This document shows, one piece after another, positions 16,805-26,089 of a DNA stretch of 64,000 nt. This DNA comes from Myxococcota bacterium. GTDB taxonomy: Bacteria; Myxococcota_A; UBA9160; SZUA-336. The stretch covers positions 5,370 through 69,369 of the forward strand of contig DATKAO010000141.1 of the NCBI GenBank assembly GCA_035498015.1, read 5' to 3'. Each line of letters starts with the position of its first letter. Position 1 is the stretch's first letter. The notes beneath the pieces were generated by a model that was not told the DNA's origin, did no database searches, and saw only the letters and a program-made list of their open reading frames with translations. Made by a program: the position numbers and the translations under genes.

Positions 16805-19200
16805 GCGCCGGAGTCTTGCAAACGCCGGCCCGGGCCGCCGCGCCAGAACGCCGCCAGCTCGCGCGCGGGGTCCTCGCTGAGCACGATCTCATCGCGCCAC
16901 CAGCCGGGCAGCCGGTCGAAATACTCGGGCTCGGCGAAGCGGCGGTCGAGCAGGACGATCGCGCCCACGTCGTCGGGCCCTCGCAGCACGCGCCCGCCCG
17001 CCTGCACCGCGCGCGCCAGACCGGGGACGAGATACGCGTACTCGAAGCCGGCTCCCGTCTCGCGCTCGAAGTGGGCGCGCACCAGCTCGCGCTCGAGCTC
17101 GACCTTGGGCAGGCCCGGTCCGACGACGAACACGCCGATCGCCAGCTCGCCGGGATAGTCCACGCCTTCGGCCAACACACCCCCGTGTACCCCGCACACG
17201 AGCAGGGTCTGCGCGCCGCGGTTGGCGCGCAGGCGCGCGAAGATCGGCTCGACCGGCGCACCCGGGAGCTGCAAGAGCACGCGCGGGCCGCCCGGCGGCA
17301 GGTGGGCCACGACTTCGTCCCGGAAGGCGAAGCTCGGGAAGAAGGCGAGCCAGTTGCCGCGCCGGGTGGCGGCGCAGCGCGCGATCGTGCGCGCGAGCTC
17401 CGCGGCGTGCTCCGAGCGCACGCGGAAGCGCGTGTCGACCGCGGTCGAGGCCAGAAGCAGCCGATTCGCGCGCGGGAACGGGCAGGGCAGCTCGAGCGAC
17501 AGGCTGCGCGGGCCTTCGACGCCGAGCAGGCGCGCGTGGTGCTCGAGCGGCGCCAGCGTGGCGCTCATCAGCACCGCCGCGTGGAAGCTCTTGATGCGCG
17601 TGCCCAGCCACGGAGCGGGGTCGAGACACAGGAGCGATGCGCGGTCGGGAGACCAGAGCGCGGCGAACTGGTCCGGGTCCGCCTCGGCCGCGGCCGCGAA
17701 GTCACGCACGTCGGCCAGCGCCGACTGCACCGGATCGCGCAGCCGGGCGTCGCGGCCCTCGCGCCGCGGGGCGAGGCGCGAGTCGAGCGGCGCCGCGTGG
17801 GCCACGAGCGCCTGGGTCTCCATCTGCGACACGGCCGCGCGCAGGGCGACCGGCTCCCAGAAGCCGCGCGCCGGCGGCTCGACCCACGGCGCCACGGACT
17901 CCCGCTCCTGTGCCAGCCGCTCGGCCCCGCCGCGACAGTGACTCGCCACCTCGCGCAGGAGCTCCCCGGCACGCTGATACGCGGGCTCGATCTGCAGCTC
18001 GAGACAGGTGCCCAGCGACTCGAGCCGGTCCAGATCGAGCGCGGGCGAGAGCGCGCCGCGCGCGCGCTCGGGCAGGTCGTGGGCTTCGTCGACCACCAGG
18101 AGGTCGCGCCCCGACGCCTCGTTCAACAGGTGCCGCAGGGCGACCCGCGGGTCGAACACGTAGTTGAAGTCGCACACCACGGCCGTGGCGCGCTGCGCCA
18201 GCCGCAGCGTGACTTCGAACGGACACAGCTCGTGCGCGCGCGCCTCGACCGCCACCTCCTCGGCCGACATCACGCCGCGCGTCTCGAGTGAGTCGAGCAG
18301 ACCCGTGCGGGTCAGCCGCTCGACGAAGCGCCGGCCCCAGGGACAGCGGCGCTCGACGCAGCCCAGCCGCTCCTGCGGGCACACGCGCTCCTTGGCCGAG
18401 ATCTGCAAGCCGAGCGCGGGCCCGCCCGCCGGCAGCATGCGCCGCAGTGTCTCGAGCGCGAGCTCCTGCTGCGAGCCGCGCGAAGTCACGAAGAACACGC
18501 GGCGGTCGTGCGCGAGCGCGTCGCACAGGAAAGGGTGGAGCGCGGCGGCGGTCTTGCCCACGCCTGTCGGCGCGGCGCACAAGAGCACCAGCCCCGAGGC
18601 CGCGGCCCCGGCGACCTCGCGCAGCATGGCTTCCTGCACCGGGCGCGGCTCGCCGAACGGGAACGGCACCTCGAGCGTGCGGCGTCGGCGCGCCCGGCCG
18701 AGCTCGAGCTCCGCGCGCTGCGCCAGCTCGTCGAGCCGCCCGCGCAGCAGGTCTTCCCACGCCTCGCGCTTGAACACCAGGTCGGCGCGCGAGGCGCTGC
18801 CGTCGAGAGCGAGCTCGAGCACCGCTACCCGCGCGACCGACTCACCCGCGTACGAGAGCAGGAGCGCCGTGAAGCCCGCGCGCTCGAGCGCGCGCCCGGC
18901 GCCGTCGGGACCGCCGTCGGGCACCACGCGCAGCTGCTCGAGAGACGAGCCGTGCGCGCCCGGCCGCAGCACGTCGGCGGTACCGGACACGTGGAGCGTC
19001 CACTCACGCCAGGTGAGCGGCACCTCGAGCGCGACCTGGCAGCGCGCGCCCGAGGCCGCCGCCTGCGCGAGCGCCTCGGCGCGCAGCGGCGCGGCTTCGG
19101 GCGCCTCGTCGCGCGCGAAGCCGGCACCGTGCTCGCCGGCGTCGAGCAGGTCCTCGACGCCGAGCGAGAGCGTGCGCGCGCTCTCGTCGGCGACGATCAC
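16801..19200 (-). CDS. DinG/Rad3(XPD)-family ATP-dependent DNA helicase with a roughly 230-aa N-terminal extension
   Basis: Walker A LLCAAPTGVGKT, DEAH box VVDEAHDL, Cys cluster (CPQERLGCVERRCPWG) consistent with the Fe-S domain. The start is uncertain: a GTG at 19200 lies 13 nt after the ACAD stop. Confidence 0.6.
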   Translation of the reverse strand: MIVADESARTLSLGVEDLLDAGEHGAGFARDEAPEAAPLRAEALAQAAASGARCQVALEVPLTWREWTLHVSGTADVLRPGAHGSSLEQLRVVPDGGPDGAGRALERAGFTALLLSYAGESVARVAVLELALDGSASRADLVFKREAWEDLLRGRLDELAQRAELELGRARRRRTLEVPFPFGEPRPVQEAMLREVAGAAASGLVLLCAAPTGVGKTAAALHPFLCDALAHDRRVFFVTSRGSQQELALETLRRMLPAGGPALGLQISAKERVCPQERLGCVERRCPWGRRFVERLTRTGLLDSLETRGVMSAEEVAVEARAHELCPFEVTLRLAQRATAVVCDFNYVFDPRVALRHLLNEASGRDLLVVDEAHDLPERARGALSPALDLDRLESLGTCLELQIEPAYQRAGELLREVASHCRGGAERLAQERESVAPWVEPPARGFWEPVALRAAVSQMETQALVAHAAPLDSRLAPRREGRDARLRDPVQSALADVRDFAAAAEADPDQFAALWSPDRASLLCLDPAPWLGTRIKSFHAAVLMSATLAPLEHHARLLGVEGPRSLSLELPCPFPRANRLLLASTAVDTRFRVRSEHAAELARTIARCAATRRGNWLAFFPSFAFRDEVVAHLPPGGPRVLLQLPGAPVEPIFARLRANRGAQTLLVCGVHGGVLAEGVDYPGELAIGVFVVGPGLPKVELERELVRAHFERETGAGFEYAYLVPGLARAVQAGGRVLRGPDDVGAIVLLDRRFAEPEYFDRLPGWWRDEIVLSEDPARELAAFWRGGPGRRLQDSGA

Positions 19201-19213
19201 GCGCGCGCGCGAA

Positions 19214-20434
19214 TCACTTCGTGGCGGGGCCGGTCGGGATGTCGCGGAATGCGGTCTCCTTGTCGAGCCGCGGCTCGGGCGGCAGCCGCAGCACGCGCTC
19301 CGCCAGGATGTTCCGCATGATCTCGTCGGTGCCGCCCGCGATGCGCAGGCCTGGCGAGCCGAGATAGCCCTCCTGCGCCGGACCCATCGCACCACCCGCG
19401 AGGCCCTGGAGCTCCATCGCGAAGGCAGACACGTCCTGGCCCAGCGGCGCGCCGACCAGCTTGCCGATCGAGCTCTCCGGTCCCGGCGTGGTGCCGCGCG
19501 AGAGCGCGGTCAGGGTGCGGTAGCCGGTGTACTTCAGGCCCGAAGAGCGGATGTAGAAGTCCGCGATCTTCTGGCGCACCGCGCTGTCTTCCAGCGCCGG
19601 CCGGCCGTTCCAGTCGGCTTCGCGCGCCTGGCGGATCAGGTCCTCGGTGCGCATGCCGCCGCCGCCGCCGCCGATCGACGCGCGCTCGTTCATGAGCGTG
19701 GTCAGCGCCACGCGCCAGCCGTCGCCCACGCGCCCCAGGCGGTTGGAGTCGGGCACCTTCACGTCGCTGAAGAACACCTCGTTGAAGCCCGAGCCGCCGT
19801 TGATCTGCTTGATCTGGCGGATCTCGATGCCCGGTGACTCCATGTCGACGATGAAGTAGGTCAGGCCGGCGTGCTTCGCGACCGTCGGATCGGTGCGAGT
19901 CACGATCATGCCCCACTTGCTGAAGTGAGCGCCGGTGGTCCAGATCTTCTGGCCGTTGACGATCCAGTCGTTGCCCTTCTTCACGGCCGACGTGCGCAGA
20001 CCGGCGAGGTCCGAGCCCGCGGCCGGCTCGCTGAAGAGCTGGCACCAGATCTCTTCGCCGCGCGCCATCTTCTTGATGTACTTGTCCTTCTGCTCCTGCG
20101 TGCCGTGCGCCATGATGGTGGGGCCCAGCATGCCCAGGCCGATGCCGAACACCGCCGGCGGCGTGCGGTACTTGGCCTCTTCCTGGTTCCAGATCACCGA
20201 CTGGATGGGCGTGGCCTCGCGGCCCCCGAACTCCTTCGGCCAGGTCAGGACCGCCCAGCCGTTGTCGTACTTGGTGGCCTGCCACTGCTTCGCGCGCTTG
20301 AGCGAATCGGGATCGTCGCGCTCGGACAGCATGTTGTTCGCCTCGCCCTTGGCGAGCGGCTTGAGATGCTGGTCCAGGAAGGCCTTCGCCTGTGCGCGGA
20401 AGTCAGCCTCTGCCTTGGTGTCGTTGAAGTCCAC
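19214..20434 (-). CDS. acyl-CoA dehydrogenase family protein
   Basis: ACAD-like sequence throughout (…WIVNGQKIWTTGA…). AGGAG lies 8 nt upstream of GTG 20434. Confidence 0.8.
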   Translation of the reverse strand: MDFNDTKAEADFRAQAKAFLDQHLKPLAKGEANNMLSERDDPDSLKRAKQWQATKYDNGWAVLTWPKEFGGREATPIQSVIWNQEEAKYRTPPAVFGIGLGMLGPTIMAHGTQEQKDKYIKKMARGEEIWCQLFSEPAAGSDLAGLRTSAVKKGNDWIVNGQKIWTTGAHFSKWGMIVTRTDPTVAKHAGLTYFIVDMESPGIEIRQIKQINGGSGFNEVFFSDVKVPDSNRLGRVGDGWRVALTTLMNERASIGGGGGGMRTEDLIRQAREADWNGRPALEDSAVRQKIADFYIRSSGLKYTGYRTLTALSRGTTPGPESSIGKLVGAPLGQDVSAFAMELQGLAGGAMGPAQEGYLGSPGLRIAGGTDEIMRNILAERVLRLPPEPRLDKETAFRDIPTGPATK

Positions 20435-20445
20435 GAGTCAGTCTC

Positions 20446-21558
20446 CTAGGCCGCGCTCTTGGCGGCGAGTCTCTGAACCAGTTTCTCGCGCCAGTGCGAC
20501 GCGGTGCCGATCACCAGGCCCTGCTGCTTGGCCCGGCGATAGAACAGGTGGCAGTCGTACTCCCACGTGTAGCCGACGCCGCCGTGCATCTGCACCATCT
20601 CGACCGAGGTCAGGTCGAAGGCCTGCGTGGCCGACACGCGCGCCGCCGGCGCCGCGAAGGCCAGCTCGGGGTCGTTCTCGCTGAGCGCCCACGCGCCCCA
20701 GTAGCAGTTCGACTTGGCGAGCTCGAGCGCCACGTACTCGTCGGCCATGCGGTGCTTCAGCGCCTGGAACGACGCGATCGGCCGGCCGAACGCGTAGCGG
20801 CCCATGGTGAAGTCGCGCGTCATCTCGAACGCGCGCTCGGCCGAGCCGAGCTGCTCCCAGGCCAGGAGCACGGCCGCGCGGTCGAGCAGCTTCTCGAGCA
20901 GCTCGTGGCCCTTGCCCTCGGCGCCGAGCACCTCCGCGGGGGCGCCCGCGAAGTCGAGCTGCGCCACGGCCTGGGTCGGATCGATCGAGTCGGTGGCCTG
21001 GCGAGTCACTCCACCGGCCGCCAGGTCGACCAGCGCCAGCGTGACGCCCGAGCCCGACTTCGCGGCCACCACCGCGACGCTGGCGATGTTGCCGGCCGGG
21101 ACGCCGACCTTCTTGCCGGTCACCTTGCCGCCCGAGTAGCTGGTCTTCAGGCTGGCAGGCGAGGGGAAGCCCGGGCCTTCGGCCAGCGCCAGCGTGCCGA
21201 CCGCGCCGCCCGCGGCCAGCGCCGTGAGCCACTTCTTCTTCTGCGCGTCGCTGCCCGCGAGCAGGAGCGCCTCGGTGGCGAGATACACCGAGGGCGCGAA
21301 CGGGATCGGCGCCAGCGCGCGCCCGATCTCGGTCGCGATCAGCGACAGCTCGAGATACCCGAAGCCGGCGCCGCCGTAGCTCTCCGGGATGGCCGCGCCC
21401 TGCCAGCCCATCTGGGCGGTCTCCTTCCAGAGCTCGGGGTTCCAGTCCTTGCGGGACTCGAGCACCGCACGGTTCACGGACAGCGGCGAGTGCTCGGCCA
21501 GGAAGTCGCGCGCGGTCTTCTGAAGCAGCTTTTGGTCTTCCGAGAAATCGAAGTTCAT
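20446..21558 (-). CDS. acyl-CoA dehydrogenase family protein
   Basis: MNFDFSEDQKLLQKTARDF... is a typical ACAD N-terminus. An alternative TTG at 21585 would add 9 aa. Confidence 0.75.
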   Translation of the reverse strand: MNFDFSEDQKLLQKTARDFLAEHSPLSVNRAVLESRKDWNPELWKETAQMGWQGAAIPESYGGAGFGYLELSLIATEIGRALAPIPFAPSVYLATEALLLAGSDAQKKKWLTALAAGGAVGTLALAEGPGFPSPASLKTSYSGGKVTGKKVGVPAGNIASVAVVAAKSGSGVTLALVDLAAGGVTRQATDSIDPTQAVAQLDFAGAPAEVLGAEGKGHELLEKLLDRAAVLLAWEQLGSAERAFEMTRDFTMGRYAFGRPIASFQALKHRMADEYVALELAKSNCYWGAWALSENDPELAFAAPAARVSATQAFDLTSVEMVQMHGGVGYTWEYDCHLFYRRAKQQGLVIGTASHWREKLVQRLAAKSAA

Positions 21559-21624
21559 GGCGGCGATGATATCCAGCCGGTCCAAGCTAATTCAAACGCG
21601 CCTCCGGATGTGTATTCTCGGCCC

Positions 21625-22443
21625 GTGAAGCTAGAGGGGCGGGTCGCGGTGGTGACCGGAGCGGCCAGCGGCATCGGCCGGGCCGTCGCGCTCGAGCTGG
21701 CCAGGCGCGGCTGCTCGCTCGCGCTGGTGGACGTGAACGAGGCCGGCTTGCAGGAGACGGCCGACCGCGTGCGGGCGCTGGGGCGGAAGGTCTCGCTGCA
21801 CGGGGCCGACGTCTCGGACCGCACGCGCATGGAGCGCCTGCCGGCCGAGGTGCTGGCCGAGCACGGGCACGTGCACGTGCTGGTGAACAACGCGGGCGTC
21901 TCGGTCTCGGGTGAGCTCGCCGACCAGTCACTCGACGACTTCCACTGGATCGTCGGCATCAACTTCTGGGGCGTGGTGTACGGCTGCAAGCTGTTCCTGC
22001 CGCAGCTCCTGCGCGAGGACGAGGGTCAGATCGTGAACATCTCCTCGCTCTTCGGGCTGGTGGGCGTGCCCACGCAGGTGTCCTACAACGCCACCAAGTA
22101 CGCGGTGCGCGGCATCTCCGAAGCGCTGATCTCGGAGCTGTCGGGCACGCGCGTGGGAGTCACCTGCGTTCACCCGGGCGGGATCCGCACCAACATCGTG
22201 CGCGCCTCGCGCGGCTCGACGCCCCGGGACGTGGAAGACAACCGCAACACCGCCGAGCTGTTCGAGCGCTTCGCCATGCCGCCCGAGAAGGCGGCGCGCA
22301 AGATCGTGCGCGCGATCGAGCGCAACCGGGCGCGCGTGCGGATCGGCGTCGAGACCTACCTGGCTGACTGGCTGAAGCGGCTGGCGCCGGTGACCAGCCA
22401 GCGCCTGCTGGGCTGGGGCTGGAGGCGCTCCCGTCAGGGGTGA
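21625..22443 (+). CDS. SDR-family short-chain dehydrogenase/reductase
   Basis: VAVVTGAASGIGRA (TGxxxGxG), NNAG, SxnYxxxK (S...YNATK). Confidence 0.75.
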   Translation: MKLEGRVAVVTGAASGIGRAVALELARRGCSLALVDVNEAGLQETADRVRALGRKVSLHGADVSDRTRMERLPAEVLAEHGHVHVLVNNAGVSVSGELADQSLDDFHWIVGINFWGVVYGCKLFLPQLLREDEGQIVNISSLFGLVGVPTQVSYNATKYAVRGISEALISELSGTRVGVTCVHPGGIRTNIVRASRGSTPRDVEDNRNTAELFERFAMPPEKAARKIVRAIERNRARVRIGVETYLADWLKRLAPVTSQRLLGWGWRRSRQG

Positions 22444-23522
22444 GCCTTCTCCCAGGCGCGCACCTTGTGGCGCGCGGCGTCGAAGAGTCTCTCGTAGTTG
22501 CCTTTGCGCACCTTCTGGCGCGCGTCCGCGCGGAGGAGCGCCCACAGCGGGTCGTACTGGCGGTAGACGTGGAGATACGCGTCGGGGTCGGTGGGCCCGA
22601 CCTCGTCGGTGCCGAACAGGAAGCGATCCGGGAACTCGTTGATCACCTCGGCGGTGCGCCTCGTGGTCTCCGGGCTGGCCACGACCCACTTCGCGACCTC
22701 GTCCCAGGAGATGTCGAAGTAGACGTGCTTGAACTTGGGGTCGGAGAGGATCGACGAGACGATCTCGAGCTGGCCGGGGTTGCGCTCGGTCACTCCGGCC
22801 TGACTCGCCTGAACGGGATGGATCACGCGACCCAGCCCCATGTGCGCCCAGATGGTGGTGGCCTGTGGATGGCGCGCGAGCAGCGCCTTCATCTGCTCCA
22901 GGTACTCGGGCTTGCTGCCCTCCTTCGCGAACGGCACGTCGATGTCCTCGTGGATCAGCACGAGCAAGCCGGACTCGCCCGCGAAGCTGAAGATGCGGTC
23001 GAGCGCGGGGTCGGTCAGGCTCGCGGTGTCGCCCGCGACCTTCGAAGACACGAACTCCTTGTGGATCGTGAACTCGCCGATGCCCTCGAACACGCCCGGG
23101 AACACCTTCAGCACGCGCTGGATGTGCTCCACCGCGTACATGTCGGCCGGGTTGGAGCCGGTGATCATCGGGTCGAAGCGGGCGCGCTCCGCGGGTGTGA
23201 GTGACAGCCACTGCGAGGCGATCCACGCGTCGGTGAACGAGTAGTAGTAGAGCGGTGCGTCGGTGTGCAGATAGTAGGTCGGCTGGAAGTCGCCCGAGTT
23301 CTCGTACGACCAGGTCTGCTGCAGCGGAATGCCGAACAGAGTGGCACGCCCGACCTTCGTGCCCATGGTCTTCAGGAACGCGCGCGCGTCCGGGCCCTGC
23401 TGCACGTAGTTCGTGAGGTGCACGTGTGAGTCGTCGAGCTCGTAGCTCGACGAGTCGGCAGCCGGTGCGCGAGCGGCCAGGATCAGCAGCATTGCGACAG
23501 AAAGTCCCGTGGTCCAGGTCAT
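22434..23522 (-). CDS. secreted amidohydrolase-family metal-dependent hydrolase
   Basis: Signal peptide MTWTTGLSVAMLLILAARAPAAD. HxH (SHVHL) near the N-terminus. GGGGAAGG RBS. Confidence 0.6.
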   Translation of the reverse strand: MTWTTGLSVAMLLILAARAPAADSSSYELDDSHVHLTNYVQQGPDARAFLKTMGTKVGRATLFGIPLQQTWSYENSGDFQPTYYLHTDAPLYYYSFTDAWIASQWLSLTPAERARFDPMITGSNPADMYAVEHIQRVLKVFPGVFEGIGEFTIHKEFVSSKVAGDTASLTDPALDRIFSFAGESGLLVLIHEDIDVPFAKEGSKPEYLEQMKALLARHPQATTIWAHMGLGRVIHPVQASQAGVTERNPGQLEIVSSILSDPKFKHVYFDISWDEVAKWVVASPETTRRTAEVINEFPDRFLFGTDEVGPTDPDAYLHVYRQYDPLWALLRADARQKVRKGNYERLFDAARHKVRAWEKAHP

Positions 23523-23635
23523 GCGGCCTTCCCCCTGTTCGTCGATTCCAAGCCGTCGATTGTACTTTACGGAACGCGAGCTCCGACCCCAAGATGGCAA
23601 CGCTTCACCAACATTCCACCGGGGGAGGGCGAACC

Positions 23636-25066
23636 GTGAGGTCCAATCGCCTCAAGTGTCTCGCGGCGACGACGTGCGTGGCCGCGCTGATATCGAGTCA
23701 CTCGGGCCGGGCCGGCGCCGACGAGGCAGCCGACCTGCGCCAGCTCAAGGCAGAGATCGCCGCGGAGCGGCAGGCACTCTCCGACGAGCGCGCCGCGCTC
23801 GCGGAGCAGCGCAAGCGCATCGACCAGGCGCTGATCAGTCTCGAGGACCAGAAGGCAGGCGTCGAGAAGGTGAGCTACGGCGCCGGAGCAGTGCTGCCCG
23901 CCGTGGGCGCGGCCCAGCCGGCGCCCGGCAAGCCCAGCGCTTATCTCGACGTGTACGGCTTCCTGCAGCTCGACGGGATCTACGACTTCAACCGGGTGGA
24001 CCCGGCCTGGAACGCCACGCTGCGGCCTTCCAAGATCCCCGTGATCTGCCCGCAAGATCCGGGCTGCGGTCAGGACGGCGAGACGATCCTGAGCGTGCGC
24101 CAGTCACGGCTCGGCTTCAACGGCTTCATCCCGACCGCGGCGGGCGACATCAAGACCAAGTTCGAGTTCGACCTGTACGGCGTGGGCGTCGACGCGGGCA
24201 ACACCACCATGCGCGTGCGCCACATGTGGGGCGAGCTGGGCGAGTGGGGCGCGGGCCAGACCAACAGTCTGTTCATGGACGGCGATCTCTTCCCGAACAC
24301 GATCGACTACTGGGGGCCGCCGGGCATGGTGTTCCTGCGCAACCCGCAGATCCGCTGGACGCCGATCTCCGACGAGAACTGGAAGCTCGCCGTCGCCCTC
24401 GAAGCGCCGGGCGCCGGCATCGACTCCGGCAAGGCCGGGCTCGTCGACCCGGCGCTCACGGCCACGCCGTGGAACAAGTATCCCGATCTCACCGGCATGG
24501 TGCGCTACAACGACCGCTGGGGTCACTTGCAGCTCTCCGCGCTGCTGCGCTCGATCGGCATCGAGGGCACGCTCGGTACCGGGGACCAGTTCCACCGCCG
24601 CGTCGTCGGGTGGGGCCTGGACGTCGGCAACGTATTCGAGATGGGCTCGCTCGTCGAGTCACTGACCGGAGACCAGCTCATCTCGGGCGTGGTCTACGGC
24701 TATGGCATCGCGAACTACATGAACGACGGGGGCACCGACGTGGCGCCGGACGCCGGCCTGAGCGTGACCGCGGTGCCCACGCTGGGCTGGCTCCTGTACT
24801 ACAACCGCACCTGGGACGAGCACTGGACGAGCTCGCTCGGCTACAGCGCCCATCGGCAGTTCAACGTCGGGGGACAGCACTCGACGGCCATGAAGCAGAT
24901 CGACTACATGAGCATCAACGTGCTCTGGCACCCGGTGCCGCAGGTGTTCATCGGTCCGGAGATCCTCTGGGGCAAACGCAAGAACGAAGACAGCAACGAC
25001 AAGTCGGATACCCGCGTCCAGGTGTCCTTCCACTACAACTTCGATGGCCGCATCGGCGGTCGCTGA
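23636..25066 (+). CDS. outer-membrane porin-like protein with N-terminal coiled coil (DcaP-like)
   Basis: GGGGAGGG lies 6 nt upstream of GTG. Signal peptide VRSNRLKCLAATTCVAALISSHSGRAGA. Then a coiled coil (LRQLKAEIAAERQALSDERAALAEQRKRID), then an aromatic-rich beta-strand region ending ...SFHYNF. Confidence 0.5.
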   Translation: MRSNRLKCLAATTCVAALISSHSGRAGADEAADLRQLKAEIAAERQALSDERAALAEQRKRIDQALISLEDQKAGVEKVSYGAGAVLPAVGAAQPAPGKPSAYLDVYGFLQLDGIYDFNRVDPAWNATLRPSKIPVICPQDPGCGQDGETILSVRQSRLGFNGFIPTAAGDIKTKFEFDLYGVGVDAGNTTMRVRHMWGELGEWGAGQTNSLFMDGDLFPNTIDYWGPPGMVFLRNPQIRWTPISDENWKLAVALEAPGAGIDSGKAGLVDPALTATPWNKYPDLTGMVRYNDRWGHLQLSALLRSIGIEGTLGTGDQFHRRVVGWGLDVGNVFEMGSLVESLTGDQLISGVVYGYGIANYMNDGGTDVAPDAGLSVTAVPTLGWLLYYNRTWDEHWTSSLGYSAHRQFNVGGQHSTAMKQIDYMSINVLWHPVPQVFIGPEILWGKRKNEDSNDKSDTRVQVSFHYNFDGRIGGR

Positions 25067-25078
25067 GAGGAAACGAGC

Positions 25079-26089
25079 ATGAGCAAGTCACTGTCACTCC
25101 TGGCCGCGGTGATCTTCGCCGCTGCGACGGCCGGGGCCGCGCGCGCCGCCGAGGACGCCGCTGCCATCCAGAAGGCCCTGAACGACGCCCACGCCAAGTT
25201 CCAGGGCGTGACCGAGGGCAAGAACGCCGACTACATCCCGGCGCTCGCGAAGGTCGACTCCAAGCTGTTCGGCATCGCGCTCGTGACCACCGACGGCAAG
25301 TCGTATTCGGTCGGCGATGCCGACTCACTCTTCTCGATCCAGTCGATCTCAAAGGTGTTCACCATGGCGCGCGTGATCCAGGACGCGGGCGAAAAGAAGA
25401 TCGAGGACTCGGTCGGCGTCGACGCCACCGGCCAGGTCTTCAACTCGATCGTCGCGATCGAGCAGTACAAGGGCCACCAGATGAACCCACTGGTGAATCC
25501 CGGCGCGATCGCGACCACGGGCATGGTCGGCGGCAAGACCGATGCCGAGAAGTGGTCGAAGATCTTGTCGACCTACAGCGACTTCGCGGGCCGCTCGCTC
25601 GACGTCAACCAGGAGGTCTACAAATCCGAGGCCGAGACGAACCAGCGCAATCAGGCGATCGGCGCCCTGATGTACGCCTACGGTCTGATCACCGACGACT
25701 CGAAGATGGTGACCGACGTGTACACGCGTCAGTGCTCGGTGAACGTGTCGGCGAAGGACCTGGCGCAGATGGCCGCCACGCTCGCGAACGGCGGCAAGAA
25801 CCCGATCACCAAGAAGCAGGTGATCGACCCGAAGCACGTGCCGGGCATCCTCGCGGTCATGGCGACGGCGGGTCTGTACGACGACGCGGGCATCTGGCTG
25901 TATCACGTCGGCCTGCCGGCGAAGAGTGGCGTGGGTGGCGGCATCATCGCGGTGGCGCCGGGCCGCTTCGGCATCGCCGCGTTCTCGCCGCCGCTCGACG
26001 CCGCGGGCAACAGCGTGCGCGCGCAACGGGCGATCGGATGGGTCTCGGACCAGCTCCACGGCAACCTGTTCGCCTCGACGCCGCAGTGA
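25079..26089 (+). CDS. glsA: glutaminase (GlsA family) with signal peptide, predicted periplasmic
   Basis: Signal MSKSLSLLAAVIFAAATAGAARA. GKNADYIPAL, SIQSISKVF and other glutaminase A motifs. AGAGGAAA RBS. Confidence 0.75.
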   Translation: MSKSLSLLAAVIFAAATAGAARAAEDAAAIQKALNDAHAKFQGVTEGKNADYIPALAKVDSKLFGIALVTTDGKSYSVGDADSLFSIQSISKVFTMARVIQDAGEKKIEDSVGVDATGQVFNSIVAIEQYKGHQMNPLVNPGAIATTGMVGGKTDAEKWSKILSTYSDFAGRSLDVNQEVYKSEAETNQRNQAIGALMYAYGLITDDSKMVTDVYTRQCSVNVSAKDLAQMAATLANGGKNPITKKQVIDPKHVPGILAVMATAGLYDDAGIWLYHVGLPAKSGVGGGIIAVAPGRFGIAAFSPPLDAAGNSVRAQRAIGWVSDQLHGNLFASTPQ

